From positions 4,192,001 through 4,256,000 of the forward strand of contig OZ242005.1 of the NCBI GenBank assembly GCA_965204725.1: a DNA stretch of 64,000 nucleotides, in the 5' to 3' direction. This document shows positions 46,144 to 59,448 of this stretch, piece after piece. Numbering within the stretch: the stretch's first letter is position 1; every line of letters starts with the position of its first letter. Both the position numbers and the translations under genes were made by a program. The notes under the pieces were generated by a model that saw nothing but the letters and a program-made list of their open reading frames with translations, was not told the origin of the DNA and searched no databases. Source of the DNA: Candidatus Latescibacterota bacterium (GTDB taxonomy: Bacteria > Latescibacterota > UBA2968 > UBA8231).

Positions 46144-47272
46144 AAAACACCCGCCTGCCGAGCACCCGGTTTTGTAGCAGCGTCAGTGCCAAAATCGCGA
46201 CGAAGAGCACGAAAGACATTGCAGAGGCATAGCCGGCGTTGTGGTACTCAAAAACTTGGTCGAAAATGGCAATACTGAGCACATCGACCGAGTCGCGGGC
46301 ACCCGGGGTCCGCATGATGTAAACATGGTTAAAGGCTTTGAAGGTCCCAATGACGGCCACCATCGACAAAAAGAACAGGGTCGGTGAGACCAAGGGCAGG
46401 GTAATGTGGCGGAAGACTTGCCACTCGCCAGCACCGTCCATCTCGGCGGCCTCATAGTATTGATTGGGGATAGCACTGAGGCCAGCCAGTAAAATCACCG
46501 TGTCGTAGCCGACATAGACCCAAATGTTGTATAGGATGATTGAGGTCAGGGCTAGGCTCGGGAAGACGCTGTCCACCCACGCGGGATAAGAAGCAAAGCC
46601 GGCCCCTTGTAGTAACAGGGCTACGACGGACTTGCTCTCGTAGAGCCAGTGCTGGCTCTCCAGCCCCCAAAAACTCCAGAAGCGGTTGGCCAGCGAGGAA
46701 GGGTGGGGACTAAAGATGGTGCGGAAAACCACGGCTGAGGCGATGATCGGCGTGACATAAGGCAGAAAGAACAGCGTGCGAAACGCACCTCTAGCCCGTG
46801 CGATCTTGAAGAGCAAATACGCCAGTCCGGTGGCCAAGCTCAGTTGGCACGGGATCGTCCCGACCGCGTAGAAAAACGTGACCTTAAAGCCGTTATACAG
46901 CACCGGATCGCCTGTCTCGACGAGGCCACCCAAGCCCTGAACCACCCCCAACCAAAGCCCCGATAGTACGACTATGCCCCAAGCGATGCGGACGTAAAGG
47001 GGACGCAGGCCGCGCTTGGATAAAGTGGCGCGGAGACGATAGGCTGCACAGACGAGGCCCACCCCGGCGATGAAGACCAACAGATACTGCGAGTCGCCCA
47101 AGGCGCGGACATAGTGGTCGAACCCAACCACCGCTTCCTTCCTTATTCGCCACTTGTGCAGGCTGACGTACAAGGCATAGCCAATAGGGAAAAGCCCAAA
47201 CGCACCTAGCAGGACAAGTGCCGGCGCAAGAAGGCCCCAAGCAGTCCGTTGTTCTCTAATGCGGGTACTCAT
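46133..47272 (-). CDS. Carbohydrate ABC transporter permease
   Basis: YEAAEMDGA, FRHITLP, GYASA. Confidence 0.92.
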   Translation of the reverse strand: MSTRIREQRTAWGLLAPALVLLGAFGLFPIGYALYVSLHKWRIRKEAVVGFDHYVRALGDSQYLLVFIAGVGLVCAAYRLRATLSKRGLRPLYVRIAWGIVVLSGLWLGVVQGLGGLVETGDPVLYNGFKVTFFYAVGTIPCQLSLATGLAYLLFKIARARGAFRTLFFLPYVTPIIASAVVFRTIFSPHPSSLANRFWSFWGLESQHWLYESKSVVALLLQGAGFASYPAWVDSVFPSLALTSIILYNIWVYVGYDTVILLAGLSAIPNQYYEAAEMDGAGEWQVFRHITLPLVSPTLFFLSMVAVIGTFKAFNHVYIMRTPGARDSVDVLSIAIFDQVFEYHNAGYASAMSFVLFVAILALTLLQNRVLGRRVFYGN

Positions 47273-47352
47273 CGGCGTGGGATAGTGCTGAGACGCGAGG
47301 CTAAATGCGCGGAGAATGCGGCCTCGTCCCAATTATCGACGGGATCTAGGCC

Positions 47353-47391
47353 AAAAGAAGAAGGCTCCTGAAGCATTCATTTCAGGAGCCT
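47353..47391 (-). terminator. Intrinsic terminator of the tRNA cluster
   Basis: 11-bp stem AGGCTCCTGAA/TTCAGGAGCCT followed on the minus strand by a U-rich tract. Confidence 0.8.
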
Positions 47392-47395
47392 GTAT

Positions 47396-47471
47396 TGGCT
47401 GCCCCCCTAGGGCTCGAACCTAGAACCTCCTGATCCAGAGTCAGGCGCACTTCCAATTGTGCTAGAGGGCA
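47396..47471 (-). tRNA. tRNA-Gln(CTG)
   Basis: Cloverleaf; anticodon arm CCTGA-CTCTGGA-TCAGG, GGTTCGAG T-loop, encoded CCA. Confidence 0.95.
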
Positions 47472-47483
47472 ACTCGGGAAAAT

Positions 47484-47577
<94 letters not shown>

Positions 47578-47652
47578 GAAACTTAAAAATAAACTTTTGA
47601 CGTGTTCCCATCGCTAAAAGGGATGGGATTGTGGCGGCATCAAATGGTGAAC

Positions 47653-47739
47653 TGGCGGAGGGTGAGGGACTCGAACCCTCAAGGGCGTAAGCCCGGCGGT
47701 TTTCAAGACCGCTGCCTTACCAATTAGGTCTAACCCTCC
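47653..47739 (-). tRNA. tRNA-Ser(TGA)
   Basis: Anticodon arm GCGGT-CTTGAAA-ACCGC, variable arm, GGTTCGAGTCC, CCA. Confidence 0.93.
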
Positions 47740-47783
47740 TTTTCGCGGCAAGGATAAAAATATACATGAGGCACGATCTTAGG

Positions 47784-50306
47784 TCAACCCGAGGCCTTCT
47801 CATCGGTCTCGCTGTCTTCCCAGCTACTCTCTTCCTCGCTGCTGGGCAGCGGGGCCATGTCGATAACTCGGTCGCCCTCGTCCAAATTGATCACCCGAAC
47901 TCCTTGGGTATTGCGCCCGATGGGAGGCAACCCTTGTACGGGAATGCGGATCATAATACCGTTCTGGGTTACCACCATGACCTCCTCTTCGGCTTGGATC
48001 TCCCTACAGGCCACCACGTGACCGTTGCGTGGGGTGGTCTTGATGTCGATGACGCCTTGGCCACCGCGGTGCTTGCTGGGGTACTCGGCTTGGCTAGTGC
48101 GCTTGCCATAGCCGTTTTCGCAGATGGTCAACAAAGTGCTGCTTTCGCGCACTACGACCATGTCCACAACCTCGTCCTCTTCCCCCGGGCGTAAGCTAAT
48201 GCCCTTAACGCCAGTAGAAACCCGGCCCATAGAGCGGACTTCGCTTTCGCTAAAGCGCATGGCTCGGCCGTTGCGCGTCAGCAGGGCAATATCCTGCTGT
48301 CCGTCGGTGATGGCCGCCCCAATCAGGCCATCGTCGTCTTGGATCTTCAGGGCGATGATCCCATCGCGGCGGATGTTCTGGTAGGCCGAGAGCTTGGTCT
48401 TCTTGACAATGCCGCTGCGCGTAGCCGTGAACAAGTACTGATCGTCGGAAAATTCTCGAACTGGTACGATGGCGCATATCTGGTCGTCTTGGTCGAGTGG
48501 CAACAGGTTGGCTATTGACCGCCCCTGAGCCGTGCGGTCACCTTCGGGTATGCGAAAGACCTTGAGCCAATAACATTTGCCCTTGGCAGTCAAGAACATG
48601 ATATAGGAATGGGTCGAAGCCACGAAGAGATGTTCTACAAAGTCCTCTTCCTTGGTCTTCATACCCGTCACCCCGCGTCCGCCGCGATTCTGTACTCGGT
48701 AGGCCCTAGGGGACAGGCGCTTGATATAGCCACTGCGCGAGATGGTGACGACCATGTCCTCTTCTGCAATCAAGTCCTCAATGTCGAATTCCTCGGCTGC
48801 ATAGACGATCTCCGTGCGGCGCTCGTCGCCGAAGCGCTCGGCGATTTCATCAATCTCACCTTTGACGATCTGCATCTGCCGCTCCCGGCTGGCGAGGATG
48901 CCCCTCTGGTCCTCAATCGTCGTTACCAATTCCTTGTACTCGGCTTCAATTTTGTCTCGCTCCAAGCCTGTCAAGCGCTGCAAGGGCATGCTTAGGATGG
49001 CTTGGATCTGCCGCTCGCTCAACTCGAACCGCACCTCCGCCGCCCGCCCGTCGATCTCTGTGGGGCGGATGCTGGCCAGCCGGGCTTGAGCATCTGCCGG
49101 GCTTGACGAGCGGCGAATGGTCTCAATCACCAAGTCAATGTGGTCCAAGGCGATGCGCAGGCCCTCAAGGATGTGCGCTCGCGCTTCGGCCTTCTCCAAG
49201 TCGAATTCCGCACGACGCACGATCACGTCATGGCGATGATCAATATAGTGCTGCAGCATCTGCTTGAGGTTGAGCATCTCAGGGCGGCCATTGACAATGG
49301 CCAACATCATTACCCCGTAAGTAGTCTGCAACATGCTGTGGCTATAGAGCTGGTTGAGCACGACTTCGGCTTGGGCTTCTCTCTTGCATTCAAATACGAT
49401 GCGCAGACCCTTGCGGCCCGATTCGTCGCGGATATTGGCAAGTCCGTCAATGGTTTTGTCGCGCACCAAGTCGGCAATTTTCTCTAGTAAGCTAGCCTTG
49501 TTTACTAAGAAAGGGATTTCGGTGACAACGATGTTCTCGCGGCCGTTCTTGAGGGTTTCAATATCCGCCCGAGCTCGGATATAAATCAGTCCCCTCCCGG
49601 TTGCGTAGGCCTGCTGGACCCCGCTCATACCGTAGATGATTCCGCCGGTGGGAAAGTCTGGGGCCTTGACATGCTCGAGCAACTCGGCAATGGAGATATC
49701 GGGGCGATCAATCAGTGCCTTGAGGCCGCTGGCAACTTCCCGCAAGTTGTGCGGTGGGACCTTGGTGGCCATGCCGACGGCGATGCCCATTGAGCCGTTG
49801 CATATCAGGTTGGGGAACCTAGACGGCAAAACCAGAGGCTCTTGCTGAGTCTCGTCGTAGTTGCTGGCGAATTCGACGGTATTCTTGTCGAGGTCCGCTA
49901 GAAGCTCCATCGCCGGCCTACTCAGCCTCGCCTCCGTGTAGCGCATGGCAGCCGGAGGGTAGCCGTCAATTGAACCGAAGTTGCCTTGGCCTTGGACCAG
50001 TGGATAACGAAAGCGAAAGCTCTGCGCCATATGCACTAGCGTCGGATAGACAATGTCTTCGCCGTGCGGATGGTAGTTACCCGAGGTGTCGCCAGCAATT
50101 TTGGCGCACTTGCGGTAGCCGCGGTTGGGAAAAAGGCTCAAGTCGTTCATCGCCACCAAGATGCGGCGCTGGGATGGCTTGAGACCATCGCGGACATCGG
50201 GTAGGGCCCGCGACCGTATAAAGCTCATTGAATAGTCGAGGAAAGAGGTTTTGAGCTCCTCCTCAATTTTGACCCGAAGGATCCGGCTTTCTTGCTGTTC
50301 GAGCAT
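47784..50306 (-). CDS. gyrA: DNA gyrase subunit A
   Basis: RALPDVRDGLKP, YHPHG, AAMRYTE, GyrA-box QNRGGRG. Confidence 0.97.
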   Translation of the reverse strand: MLEQQESRILRVKIEEELKTSFLDYSMSFIRSRALPDVRDGLKPSQRRILVAMNDLSLFPNRGYRKCAKIAGDTSGNYHPHGEDIVYPTLVHMAQSFRFRYPLVQGQGNFGSIDGYPPAAMRYTEARLSRPAMELLADLDKNTVEFASNYDETQQEPLVLPSRFPNLICNGSMGIAVGMATKVPPHNLREVASGLKALIDRPDISIAELLEHVKAPDFPTGGIIYGMSGVQQAYATGRGLIYIRARADIETLKNGRENIVVTEIPFLVNKASLLEKIADLVRDKTIDGLANIRDESGRKGLRIVFECKREAQAEVVLNQLYSHSMLQTTYGVMMLAIVNGRPEMLNLKQMLQHYIDHRHDVIVRRAEFDLEKAEARAHILEGLRIALDHIDLVIETIRRSSSPADAQARLASIRPTEIDGRAAEVRFELSERQIQAILSMPLQRLTGLERDKIEAEYKELVTTIEDQRGILASRERQMQIVKGEIDEIAERFGDERRTEIVYAAEEFDIEDLIAEEDMVVTISRSGYIKRLSPRAYRVQNRGGRGVTGMKTKEEDFVEHLFVASTHSYIMFLTAKGKCYWLKVFRIPEGDRTAQGRSIANLLPLDQDDQICAIVPVREFSDDQYLFTATRSGIVKKTKLSAYQNIRRDGIIALKIQDDDGLIGAAITDGQQDIALLTRNGRAMRFSESEVRSMGRVSTGVKGISLRPGEEDEVVDMVVVRESSTLLTICENGYGKRTSQAEYPSKHRGGQGVIDIKTTPRNGHVVACREIQAEEEVMVVTQNGIMIRIPVQGLPPIGRNTQGVRVINLDEGDRVIDMAPLPSSEEESSWEDSETDEKASG

Positions 50307-50340
50307 CAATTAAATCCTAGCTTTGTAGTCTATTTGTAGT

Positions 50341-52644
<2,304 letters not shown>

Positions 52645-52670
<26 letters not shown>

Positions 52671-53733
52671 AACGGGCAGCCTGTCTTGTACTGGGCTCTT
52701 GGGGGATCGTTGCTACGACCTGTTCAAACTCACTTACTATGTCCAATAGTTTTTCTATCCGGCCAGAGTCCAACTCTGAAAAAGCATCATCTAAGAGCAG
52801 CACGGGCTGCCGACCTGTTTGCTCCTCCATGTAACGAGACTCGGCCAGCTTCCACGATATGAGTACTGTCCTTAGCTGGCCCTCGGAGGCGTAGATTTCG
52901 GCCTGTTCTTCGTTCAACGTGAATTTCAAATCATCGCGGTGCGGTCCACAGAGCGTATGGCCTATTTGGGTTTCCTGCTCCCTGCGGCACTCGAGTGATT
53001 CGCGCAACTCGGCTCTAAGGGCCTCCAAGTCCTGCTCCTTGGTACCTTGATAGACAACGGCCGCCTCTTCGCCAGCCAAGGCAAAGCGACCGTAATAGCA
53101 GAGAAAGGGTGCTCTCAATTTATTCAGTGCCTCCAAGCGATGCAGTCGGAGTTGGGACCCCAAATCCACCAACTGAGTATTCCATGGTTCCATTACTTGA
53201 CTATCGACAAGTCCTTGTCCCGACTTCTTTGCAGTGCGTAACAAGTAGTTTCTCTGGGCTAACACACGGTAATAGCGCTGCATACACCGCAAGTACGTTG
53301 CGCTAGACTGAGAGATAAGTATGTCGAGGAGCCGCCTTCGCCGGGCCGGGAAGAGCAGTACCAACGATACGTCTTCAGGACAGAAGTGAACTGTGCGGAA
53401 GGTGCCCAGCAACTCCGATACTCGAGGCAAGGAATTAGCGTCAACAAATGCCTTCTTGCCTTCCTTCTTACTGTAAAAGACGCGTAATTGCTGGTCGTGG
53501 CGACCGTCAGTACACAAGGCTCGGATATCAAAGAAATCCTCGCCGTGCGGCACGACGTGTTGATCCTTGGCCCCGCGTACTGACTTACCGATAGATAGGT
53601 AGGAAATCGCTTCTAGGATATTGCTTTTACCGCGGCCGTTTGGACCAAAAATTAGCACATGATCTGCCGCAAAGCTCAAGCGAATCGCGGCAAAATTGCG
53701 GAAGGGTCTCAGCGTTAATTCACGGATCCGCAC
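52645..53733 (-). CDS. recF: DNA replication/repair protein RecF
   Basis: FRNF, GPNGRGKSN, GPHRDD, SEGQ, LLLDDAFSELD. Confidence 0.95.
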
Positions 53734-53747
53734 TATTCCTGCTTACC

Positions 53748-54911
53748 TCATCCTGTTGGCCGCAAGGGCATTAGCAAGCAGAAGTAGTCCTCGCCTTCGT
53801 TTTGTTCCACCGGCCGCAACAGGGCTGCTGTGACGTGGTCATTGAGTTCAAAACAGACCTCCTTCGCGTCCATCCTGCGCAAGATATCCATCAGATACTG
53901 GGCGTTGTAGCCAACCTCTATCTCTTCAGAAGCGTATTGAGCCGGCACAACCTCCTTCGCTTCGCCGCCGATTTCGGGGCTGGCGGCCGAAAGCTCCACT
54001 TGGCCACTGTTTAGCTTAAAACGCACTTGACGCGTATAGGAACTAGAGAGGATGGACACCCGGCGTACGGCCGGTAGAAGATCTTCGCTAGCTATTCTTA
54101 GTTCTTTTTGGTTGTTTTGAGGAACGACTTGGGCATAGTTGACATAAGGTCCCTCAATTAGACGCGATAGTAAATGCGTCTGTCCTATATCGAACAGGAT
54201 CTGCGCCTCGCCTAGCGTGACGTTGACTGGCCCGCTATGACTACTCAGCAATTTGACGATCTGATTCAACGCTTGGGGGGGGACAATGACCGCGGTCTCT
54301 TGGTCGCCCTGTACCTGATCCTGCATATCTATGGCTAATCTGTAACAAGCTAGGCGGGACCCGTCAGTAGCCACCATCTCCATTCCCTGAGCATCAATGC
54401 GCCAGAGCACCCCATTGAACACTGGGCGCGTATCGTCGCCGGAAACGGCAAAGGCCGTCTTATTGATCATGTCTGCTAGGACATTGGTATCGGTTTGGTC
54501 ATCCCCTATACTCAGGCTTTGGCCGTCAAGTGCCGTCGGCATACTAGGAAACTCTTCAGCCTCTATTCCCGACAGGCTATACGATCCTTCGCTGCTCTCG
54601 GCATCCCCGAGCTGCCCTGAGAGGCTAATTCGCTCGTCCTGCACCTCAATACTCAGTTCCGACTCGGGCCATTCTCGAGTGATTTCTGCCAACTTGCGAG
54701 CCGAAACAGTCGTCTTTCCCTCCTCTTCCACTTCAGCAGGGACTTGAGTCCGGATGGACAAATCTAAATCCGTCGCAGATAGAGAGAGCGTCTTTGTATC
54801 GGCGTCAAGCAAGATATTAGCCAACACCGGTAGGGAAGGCTTTGAAGACACGGCTTCTAATACAGTATCAATGCCCCGCCATAACTCACTGCGATTTACT
54901 CTTAGCTTCAT
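53748..54911 (-). CDS. dnaN: DNA polymerase III beta clamp
   Basis: ATDLD, ATDGSRL, SRLIEG.Y, LLMP. Confidence 0.96.
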   Translation of the reverse strand: MKLRVNRSELWRGIDTVLEAVSSKPSLPVLANILLDADTKTLSLSATDLDLSIRTQVPAEVEEEGKTTVSARKLAEITREWPESELSIEVQDERISLSGQLGDAESSEGSYSLSGIEAEEFPSMPTALDGQSLSIGDDQTDTNVLADMINKTAFAVSGDDTRPVFNGVLWRIDAQGMEMVATDGSRLACYRLAIDMQDQVQGDQETAVIVPPQALNQIVKLLSSHSGPVNVTLGEAQILFDIGQTHLLSRLIEGPYVNYAQVVPQNNQKELRIASEDLLPAVRRVSILSSSYTRQVRFKLNSGQVELSAASPEIGGEAKEVVPAQYASEEIEVGYNAQYLMDILRRMDAKEVCFELNDHVTAALLRPVEQNEGEDYFCLLMPLRPTG

Positions 54912-55450
54912 AAAGATTCTTCGGATTATCCTTCTGTGAACGATTGTCTAAACATTAACTAAACTTAGCTTTTATATCTACTTATGTCAAGTTCTATTAT
55001 ATAGTGTCCCATTTTTCACAAGAGGAACATAAAAGCAGGTGTGTATTAAAAACAATAAAAGTGTGTACTATCAGGAACACACTACCCACATTGACCTTTT
55101 TGGTAAAATTACACTCTTCTGTGTTCTTTTACTTTTTTAGTTCTAGTTATGTTGGGGATATGTGGATAATCGTCTTATGAGGTTATTTCTAAACAACAAA
55201 ACATATTGTTAATAATATGTTTATGAATAAGAGGATTGATCGAACAGCAGGAGGTTGTATGTGGATTGCTGAGTGGAAAAACCCAATTTTCCACAGATAA
55301 AAGGTTAAAAATGACTGTGTTCTTTTTTACACAAAGTTATCCACACCGAATCAATACTTAGGCGGGGGTAGGTGTTAATAGTTTTCCACTGTCAAATAGG
55401 CACTGTGGTACTAAAAATACAGACGAAAAGGACCGAGAGATGGGGTGGGC
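54912..55450. other. Replication origin oriC (dnaA-dnaN intergenic)
   Basis: AT-rich; perfect DnaA boxes TGTGGATAA 55161-55169 and TTATCCACA 55337-55345; near-matches at 55260, 55287, 55325, 55382. Confidence 0.85.
54962..54990 (-). promoter_or_regulatory. Sigma70-type promoter for dnaN
   Basis: TTGACA-17 bp-TAAGTT on the minus strand. Confidence 0.55.
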
Positions 55451-56836
55451 TTAGCGGTTTTGTCGACGAATAGTATTGGACAAATCCTCAACTAGTTTGG
55501 CGAAGACGGGGTCGTTCTCACACTTCTTCTCAACAGTGGTTACAGCGTGGATGACTGTGCTGTGATCTCGGCTGCCGAAGCGTAGACCGATGGTAGTGAA
55601 GCGACTTCCGATGAGGCTCCTAGCTAAGAACATAGCAATGTGCCTTGCTCTTACCACATCTTGCTTTCGTCCTTTTCCAGTGAGTTGCTCTTGAGTCATA
55701 TTGAAGTGGTCGGCGATATGCCGCTGGATCGCCTCAATGCTTAGTTCCGATGGGCTAGGCCCCAATTTATCTAGAATATGCTTGGCCGCCTCGATGTCGT
55801 ATTCCTTTTTATAAATTGAGCAGTGGGCCATTAAGTTAATCAACGTACCTTCGAGTTCGCGGACATTCGATCGGATATGATTGCCCAACAGAGCGGCCAC
55901 ATCATCAGGAATCCGTATGCCATTGCGCTCGGCCTTCTTGTGGAGGATGGCGATCCGGGTCTCGAGCTCAGGCGGATCTATTGCTGTGGCCAGACCCCAT
56001 GTAAAGCGGGATTTCAGCCTTTCTTCTAACCCATCAAGATGGCCGGGAGGACTGTCGCAGGTCATGACAATCTGCTTCTCGGACTGTCGCAAGGCATTAA
56101 AAGTGTGAAAGAATTCGTTCTGGGTCTGTTCGCCGCGGAGAAGAAACTGGATGTCATCGAACAGAAGGATGTCCACGTTGCGATAAAAGTTCTGAAATTC
56201 ACTCGTCTTATTGCGGTCTCGGAGCGATTGGACGAAATCGCTCATAAACTTTTCCGAGGGGACGTAAACGACCTTCTCGGCGAGGTTGAGATTATAGGCG
56301 TGATTCCCAATCGCTTGGAGCAGATGCGTTTTACCCAGCCCTACGCCGCCATAAATCACGAGGGGATTAAATTCCGTATTACCTGGGGCATTAGCTACAG
56401 CTAGTGCCGTTGCATGGGCAAATCGATTGCTATCACCAATGATGAATTCTTCAAAGGTATAGCGCTTATTAAGCGATATTTGAGCGGGGCCGACTTCTAC
56501 TTCTTCTTGTCCTCCTTCTGTGGATTCTTCTTTCTGAGCAGAGGGATTGCTTGCTTGATCGAGAGTTGGTTGGGGTGCTTGTGAAACGACAAAGGAGATT
56601 TTTGGAGCTAGGGTCGTCTCTTTTCTTACTACTTCTTGGATCATAGGCAAGTAGTGCTCTTCTACCCAAGCGGCAGAAAATGCACTGGGAACTTGGATGA
56701 CCAACAAGTCTTCGTCAAATTGATTTGCTGAAGTCTGCTTAAACCAATTATCAAATCTCTGGGGAAGAATTTGACGCTCTATGTTGAGCAGACATTGGGC
56801 CCAGATTTCTTGGGGATCCTGTTTTTCCAATACCAT
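55451..56836 (-). CDS. dnaA: Chromosomal replication initiator DnaA
   Basis: GGVGLGKTHL, DDIQF, SNVRELEG, RDHSTV. Confidence 0.98.
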   Translation of the reverse strand: MVLEKQDPQEIWAQCLLNIERQILPQRFDNWFKQTSANQFDEDLLVIQVPSAFSAAWVEEHYLPMIQEVVRKETTLAPKISFVVSQAPQPTLDQASNPSAQKEESTEGGQEEVEVGPAQISLNKRYTFEEFIIGDSNRFAHATALAVANAPGNTEFNPLVIYGGVGLGKTHLLQAIGNHAYNLNLAEKVVYVPSEKFMSDFVQSLRDRNKTSEFQNFYRNVDILLFDDIQFLLRGEQTQNEFFHTFNALRQSEKQIVMTCDSPPGHLDGLEERLKSRFTWGLATAIDPPELETRIAILHKKAERNGIRIPDDVAALLGNHIRSNVRELEGTLINLMAHCSIYKKEYDIEAAKHILDKLGPSPSELSIEAIQRHIADHFNMTQEQLTGKGRKQDVVRARHIAMFLARSLIGSRFTTIGLRFGSRDHSTVIHAVTTVEKKCENDPVFAKLVEDLSNTIRRQNR

Positions 56837-56956
56837 TTATTGAGCGATTCCGTAATACTAAGGGGTATTTCCAACCTATAAATAAGGCATATGTCAGTCA
56901 AGAGTCTCTCGCGAGGTTGCCACTGAAATTCGTTAGCGTTCAAAGAGTTAAAAGTA

Positions 56957-56985
56957 TTGACACTAATCAGAATAGCCACTAAATT
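56957..56985 (+). promoter_or_regulatory. Sigma70-type promoter for the rpmH operon
   Basis: TTGACA-17 bp-TAAATT. Confidence 0.6.
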
Positions 56986-57037
56986 GGACTATTTCTGCTA
57001 TGCTGTGCATAAACTAACGTGAGGTGAAACTTTTATT

Positions 57038-57172
57038 TTGAAACGCACATTTCAGCCTAGCAACAGGTGCCGCCGCAACAAGCATGGCTTTCGCAGGCGC
57101 ATGAGCACACCCGCCGGTCGCAATATCATCAATCGTCGTCGGAGAAAGGGACGCAAGCAGCTAGCAGTCTAG
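57038..57172 (+). CDS. rpmH: 50S ribosomal protein L34 (not in ORF track)
   Basis: TTG start; [44 protein letters not shown]; GAGGTG RBS. Confidence 0.95.
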   Translation: MKRTFQPSNRCRRNKHGFRRRMSTPAGRNIINRRRRKGRKQLAV

Positions 57173-57191
57173 CACTTGTCGCGTTCGTTTG

Positions 57192-57461
57192 ATGGATTGG
57201 GTTAGAGGACGCTGCTTTTGGATCCGCTGCGGTCGGGAAGATCGTGGTCAAATTTTTGTCGTCCGACGCAATTTGGGCAATGCTGTAAAGCGCAATCGGC
57301 TTAAGCGGCACCTGCGTAGTATCTGCCGAAATCGCCCATACTTTCCTCGTAGTCTAGTCGTTTTCTGCCAACCGTCAGCCGTCAAAGCCTCCTTTACTGA
57401 CTTAGAAAAGGAACTGGACTTATTGGTAGCAAAAATCCCTACTTTTCTTGTCCCACGATGA
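57192..57461 (+). CDS. rnpA: Ribonuclease P protein component, short
   Basis: RNR motif [14 protein letters not shown]; between rpmH and yidD. Confidence 0.8.
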   Translation: MDWVRGRCFWIRCGREDRGQIFVVRRNLGNAVKRNRLKRHLRSICRNRPYFPRSLVVFCQPSAVKASFTDLEKELDLLVAKIPTFLVPR

Positions 57462-57667
57462 AGCAAATCGTCATTTTCATCGTCCGAGCCTACCGTCTTA
57501 TACTGTCTCCATACCTTCCCCCATCCTGTCGTTATCGACCTACTTGTTCCCAATATGCCGAAGAAGCACTAAGTAAGTACGGACTGTTCAAAGGCGGGAT
57601 GCTTGCTCTAAAGCGGATTAGTCAATGCCATCCTTGGGGAGGGCATGGATACGATCCTTTGCGCTAG
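57458..57667 (+). CDS. yidD: Membrane protein insertion efficiency factor
   Basis: [21 protein letters not shown]. Confidence 0.95.
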   Translation: MKQIVIFIVRAYRLILSPYLPPSCRYRPTCSQYAEEALSKYGLFKGGMLALKRISQCHPWGGHGYDPLR

Positions 57668-57712
57668 TAGTATGTTGATAACACGTTGTTTATAAAAGGG
57701 TAAGTAAAACCT

Positions 57713-59425
57713 ATGGAAGATAAGCGGACCCTGTTGGCCTTTCTCTTTATCGGCTTGATTTTCCTTTTGCTTCCCTATTATAATGAATGGCTGGGGCTAA
57801 ATCCTAAGCCTCCGTCTCAGACACCCGTGGAGCAAAAGCCGGTGCCTGAAACGGAAACAGAACCTGTTGCTGAAGATCTATCCAGAGCCGAGAGCATACG
57901 AGATCCCGAGTCTGCGAAACAACTCTATTCGGAAGAGCTGGCACCCGTTAAGTCTCAGGTCATTGAAAGAGTCGAATCGGCCGAAAGTTCATCCTTTATC
58001 CCGGAAGAGATTTTAGTACAAACTCCGCTTCAGAGCTTTGTTATCTCTACAAAGGGTGGTACTATTACATCATGTAAACTATTAAAATACAGATACGTAG
58101 ATGGAAGTATTATCGAAATGCTGCCTCCAACCGGCATCGGCTTGGGAATTCATTTACAAAGCGCGAACTACAGGGAGGATATATCCTCGGTGGAGTTTGT
58201 CGCTAATCTGTCGAGTTTGCAGGTGGGACTAGGTGAAGAGCACTCCTTAATTATGGTAGCCCAACTCGGTGGCGGCCAGAGACTGGAAAAGATATTGACC
58301 TTTAATGGGGACCGCTATGGATTCGATCTCCAAGTGCGTCACGAAGGATTTGACGATGATACCGAAGCCATACTCACTTGGGAAAACGGTATAGCATTTA
58401 CTGAGCGGGAGCCGGAAATAGACCTACCTGAAATGCGGGCTTTCGCCTATATCAACGAAGAACGGGTCGAACTCAAGGTAGATGATGGGGAATCGGACGA
58501 ATTGGAGGACAAAGGACTGCTAAAGTGGGCGGGTATTCGCAACAAGTACTTCTTGATTTCCTGCGTCCCCGCTGATAGAGAGCAGCGTTCTCGCGTCGTC
58601 CTACAGGGCAATCACCAAGGGTCGAATTTGCTGCCCGAATATTCTTTTCAGATAGGTCGGCGGCTCGAACGGGCAAGTTCTTGGAATAACACCATTTATC
58701 TAGGCCCACTCAACTACGACGAGCTCATCGGCTATGAGGCCGAACTGGAGCAGGCCATTGATTTCGGATGGCCTATCGTAAGCCAGATAAGCCGATTTCT
58801 ACTCATTTTATTTATAGCGACCTATCAATATATTCCTAACTATGGTTGGATCATCGTCCTTTTCGCCGTTGTTATCAAAATTATCGTCTATCCGCTTACG
58901 CACAAAACGTACGAGTCTGCGGCGAAAATGCAGGAAATTCAGCCGAAAATTGCGGCACTACGCGATAAGTACAAGAACGACAATCAACGCCTAAGCCGCG
59001 AAACTATGAAGCTCTACAAGGAAGAAGGCGTCAATCCTCTTGGGGGGTGTCTGCCTCTCTTGTTGCAGATGCCTATTTTCATTTCGCTCTACAATCTTTT
59101 TGGCAAAACAATTGAGTTGCGCCAAGCCCCCTTTACTCTTTGGATACAAGATCTGTCCCTGCCAGATGAGCTACTAATCGGCGGTTTGGAGCTTCATGTT
59201 CTTCCACTATTAATGGCTGTCTCCATGCTCGTCCAACAGAAGATGACTATGAAGGATCCCAAGCAGGCCGTTCTGGTTTACATGATGCCAGTACTGATGA
59301 TCTTTATCTTTTGGAGCATGTCGTCGGGATTAGTGTTATACTGGACTACCTTCAATGTCCTGACCATTGGCCAGCAGCTATTGGTCAATCATTTTAGGAA
59401 AGAAGCCGCTCCTTCCAGCACTTAG
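57713..59425 (+). CDS. yidC: Membrane protein insertase YidC
   Basis: DFGW, NYGW, NPLGGCLP.LLQMP, WIQDLS.PD, GLVLYW. Confidence 0.96.
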   Translation: MEDKRTLLAFLFIGLIFLLLPYYNEWLGLNPKPPSQTPVEQKPVPETETEPVAEDLSRAESIRDPESAKQLYSEELAPVKSQVIERVESAESSSFIPEEILVQTPLQSFVISTKGGTITSCKLLKYRYVDGSIIEMLPPTGIGLGIHLQSANYREDISSVEFVANLSSLQVGLGEEHSLIMVAQLGGGQRLEKILTFNGDRYGFDLQVRHEGFDDDTEAILTWENGIAFTEREPEIDLPEMRAFAYINEERVELKVDDGESDELEDKGLLKWAGIRNKYFLISCVPADREQRSRVVLQGNHQGSNLLPEYSFQIGRRLERASSWNNTIYLGPLNYDELIGYEAELEQAIDFGWPIVSQISRFLLILFIATYQYIPNYGWIIVLFAVVIKIIVYPLTHKTYESAAKMQEIQPKIAALRDKYKNDNQRLSRETMKLYKEEGVNPLGGCLPLLLQMPIFISLYNLFGKTIELRQAPFTLWIQDLSLPDELLIGGLELHVLPLLMAVSMLVQQKMTMKDPKQAVLVYMMPVLMIFIFWSMSSGLVLYWTTFNVLTIGQQLLVNHFRKEAAPSST

Positions 59426-59448
59426 AATTTTAGCCGGATCTCGATTCC

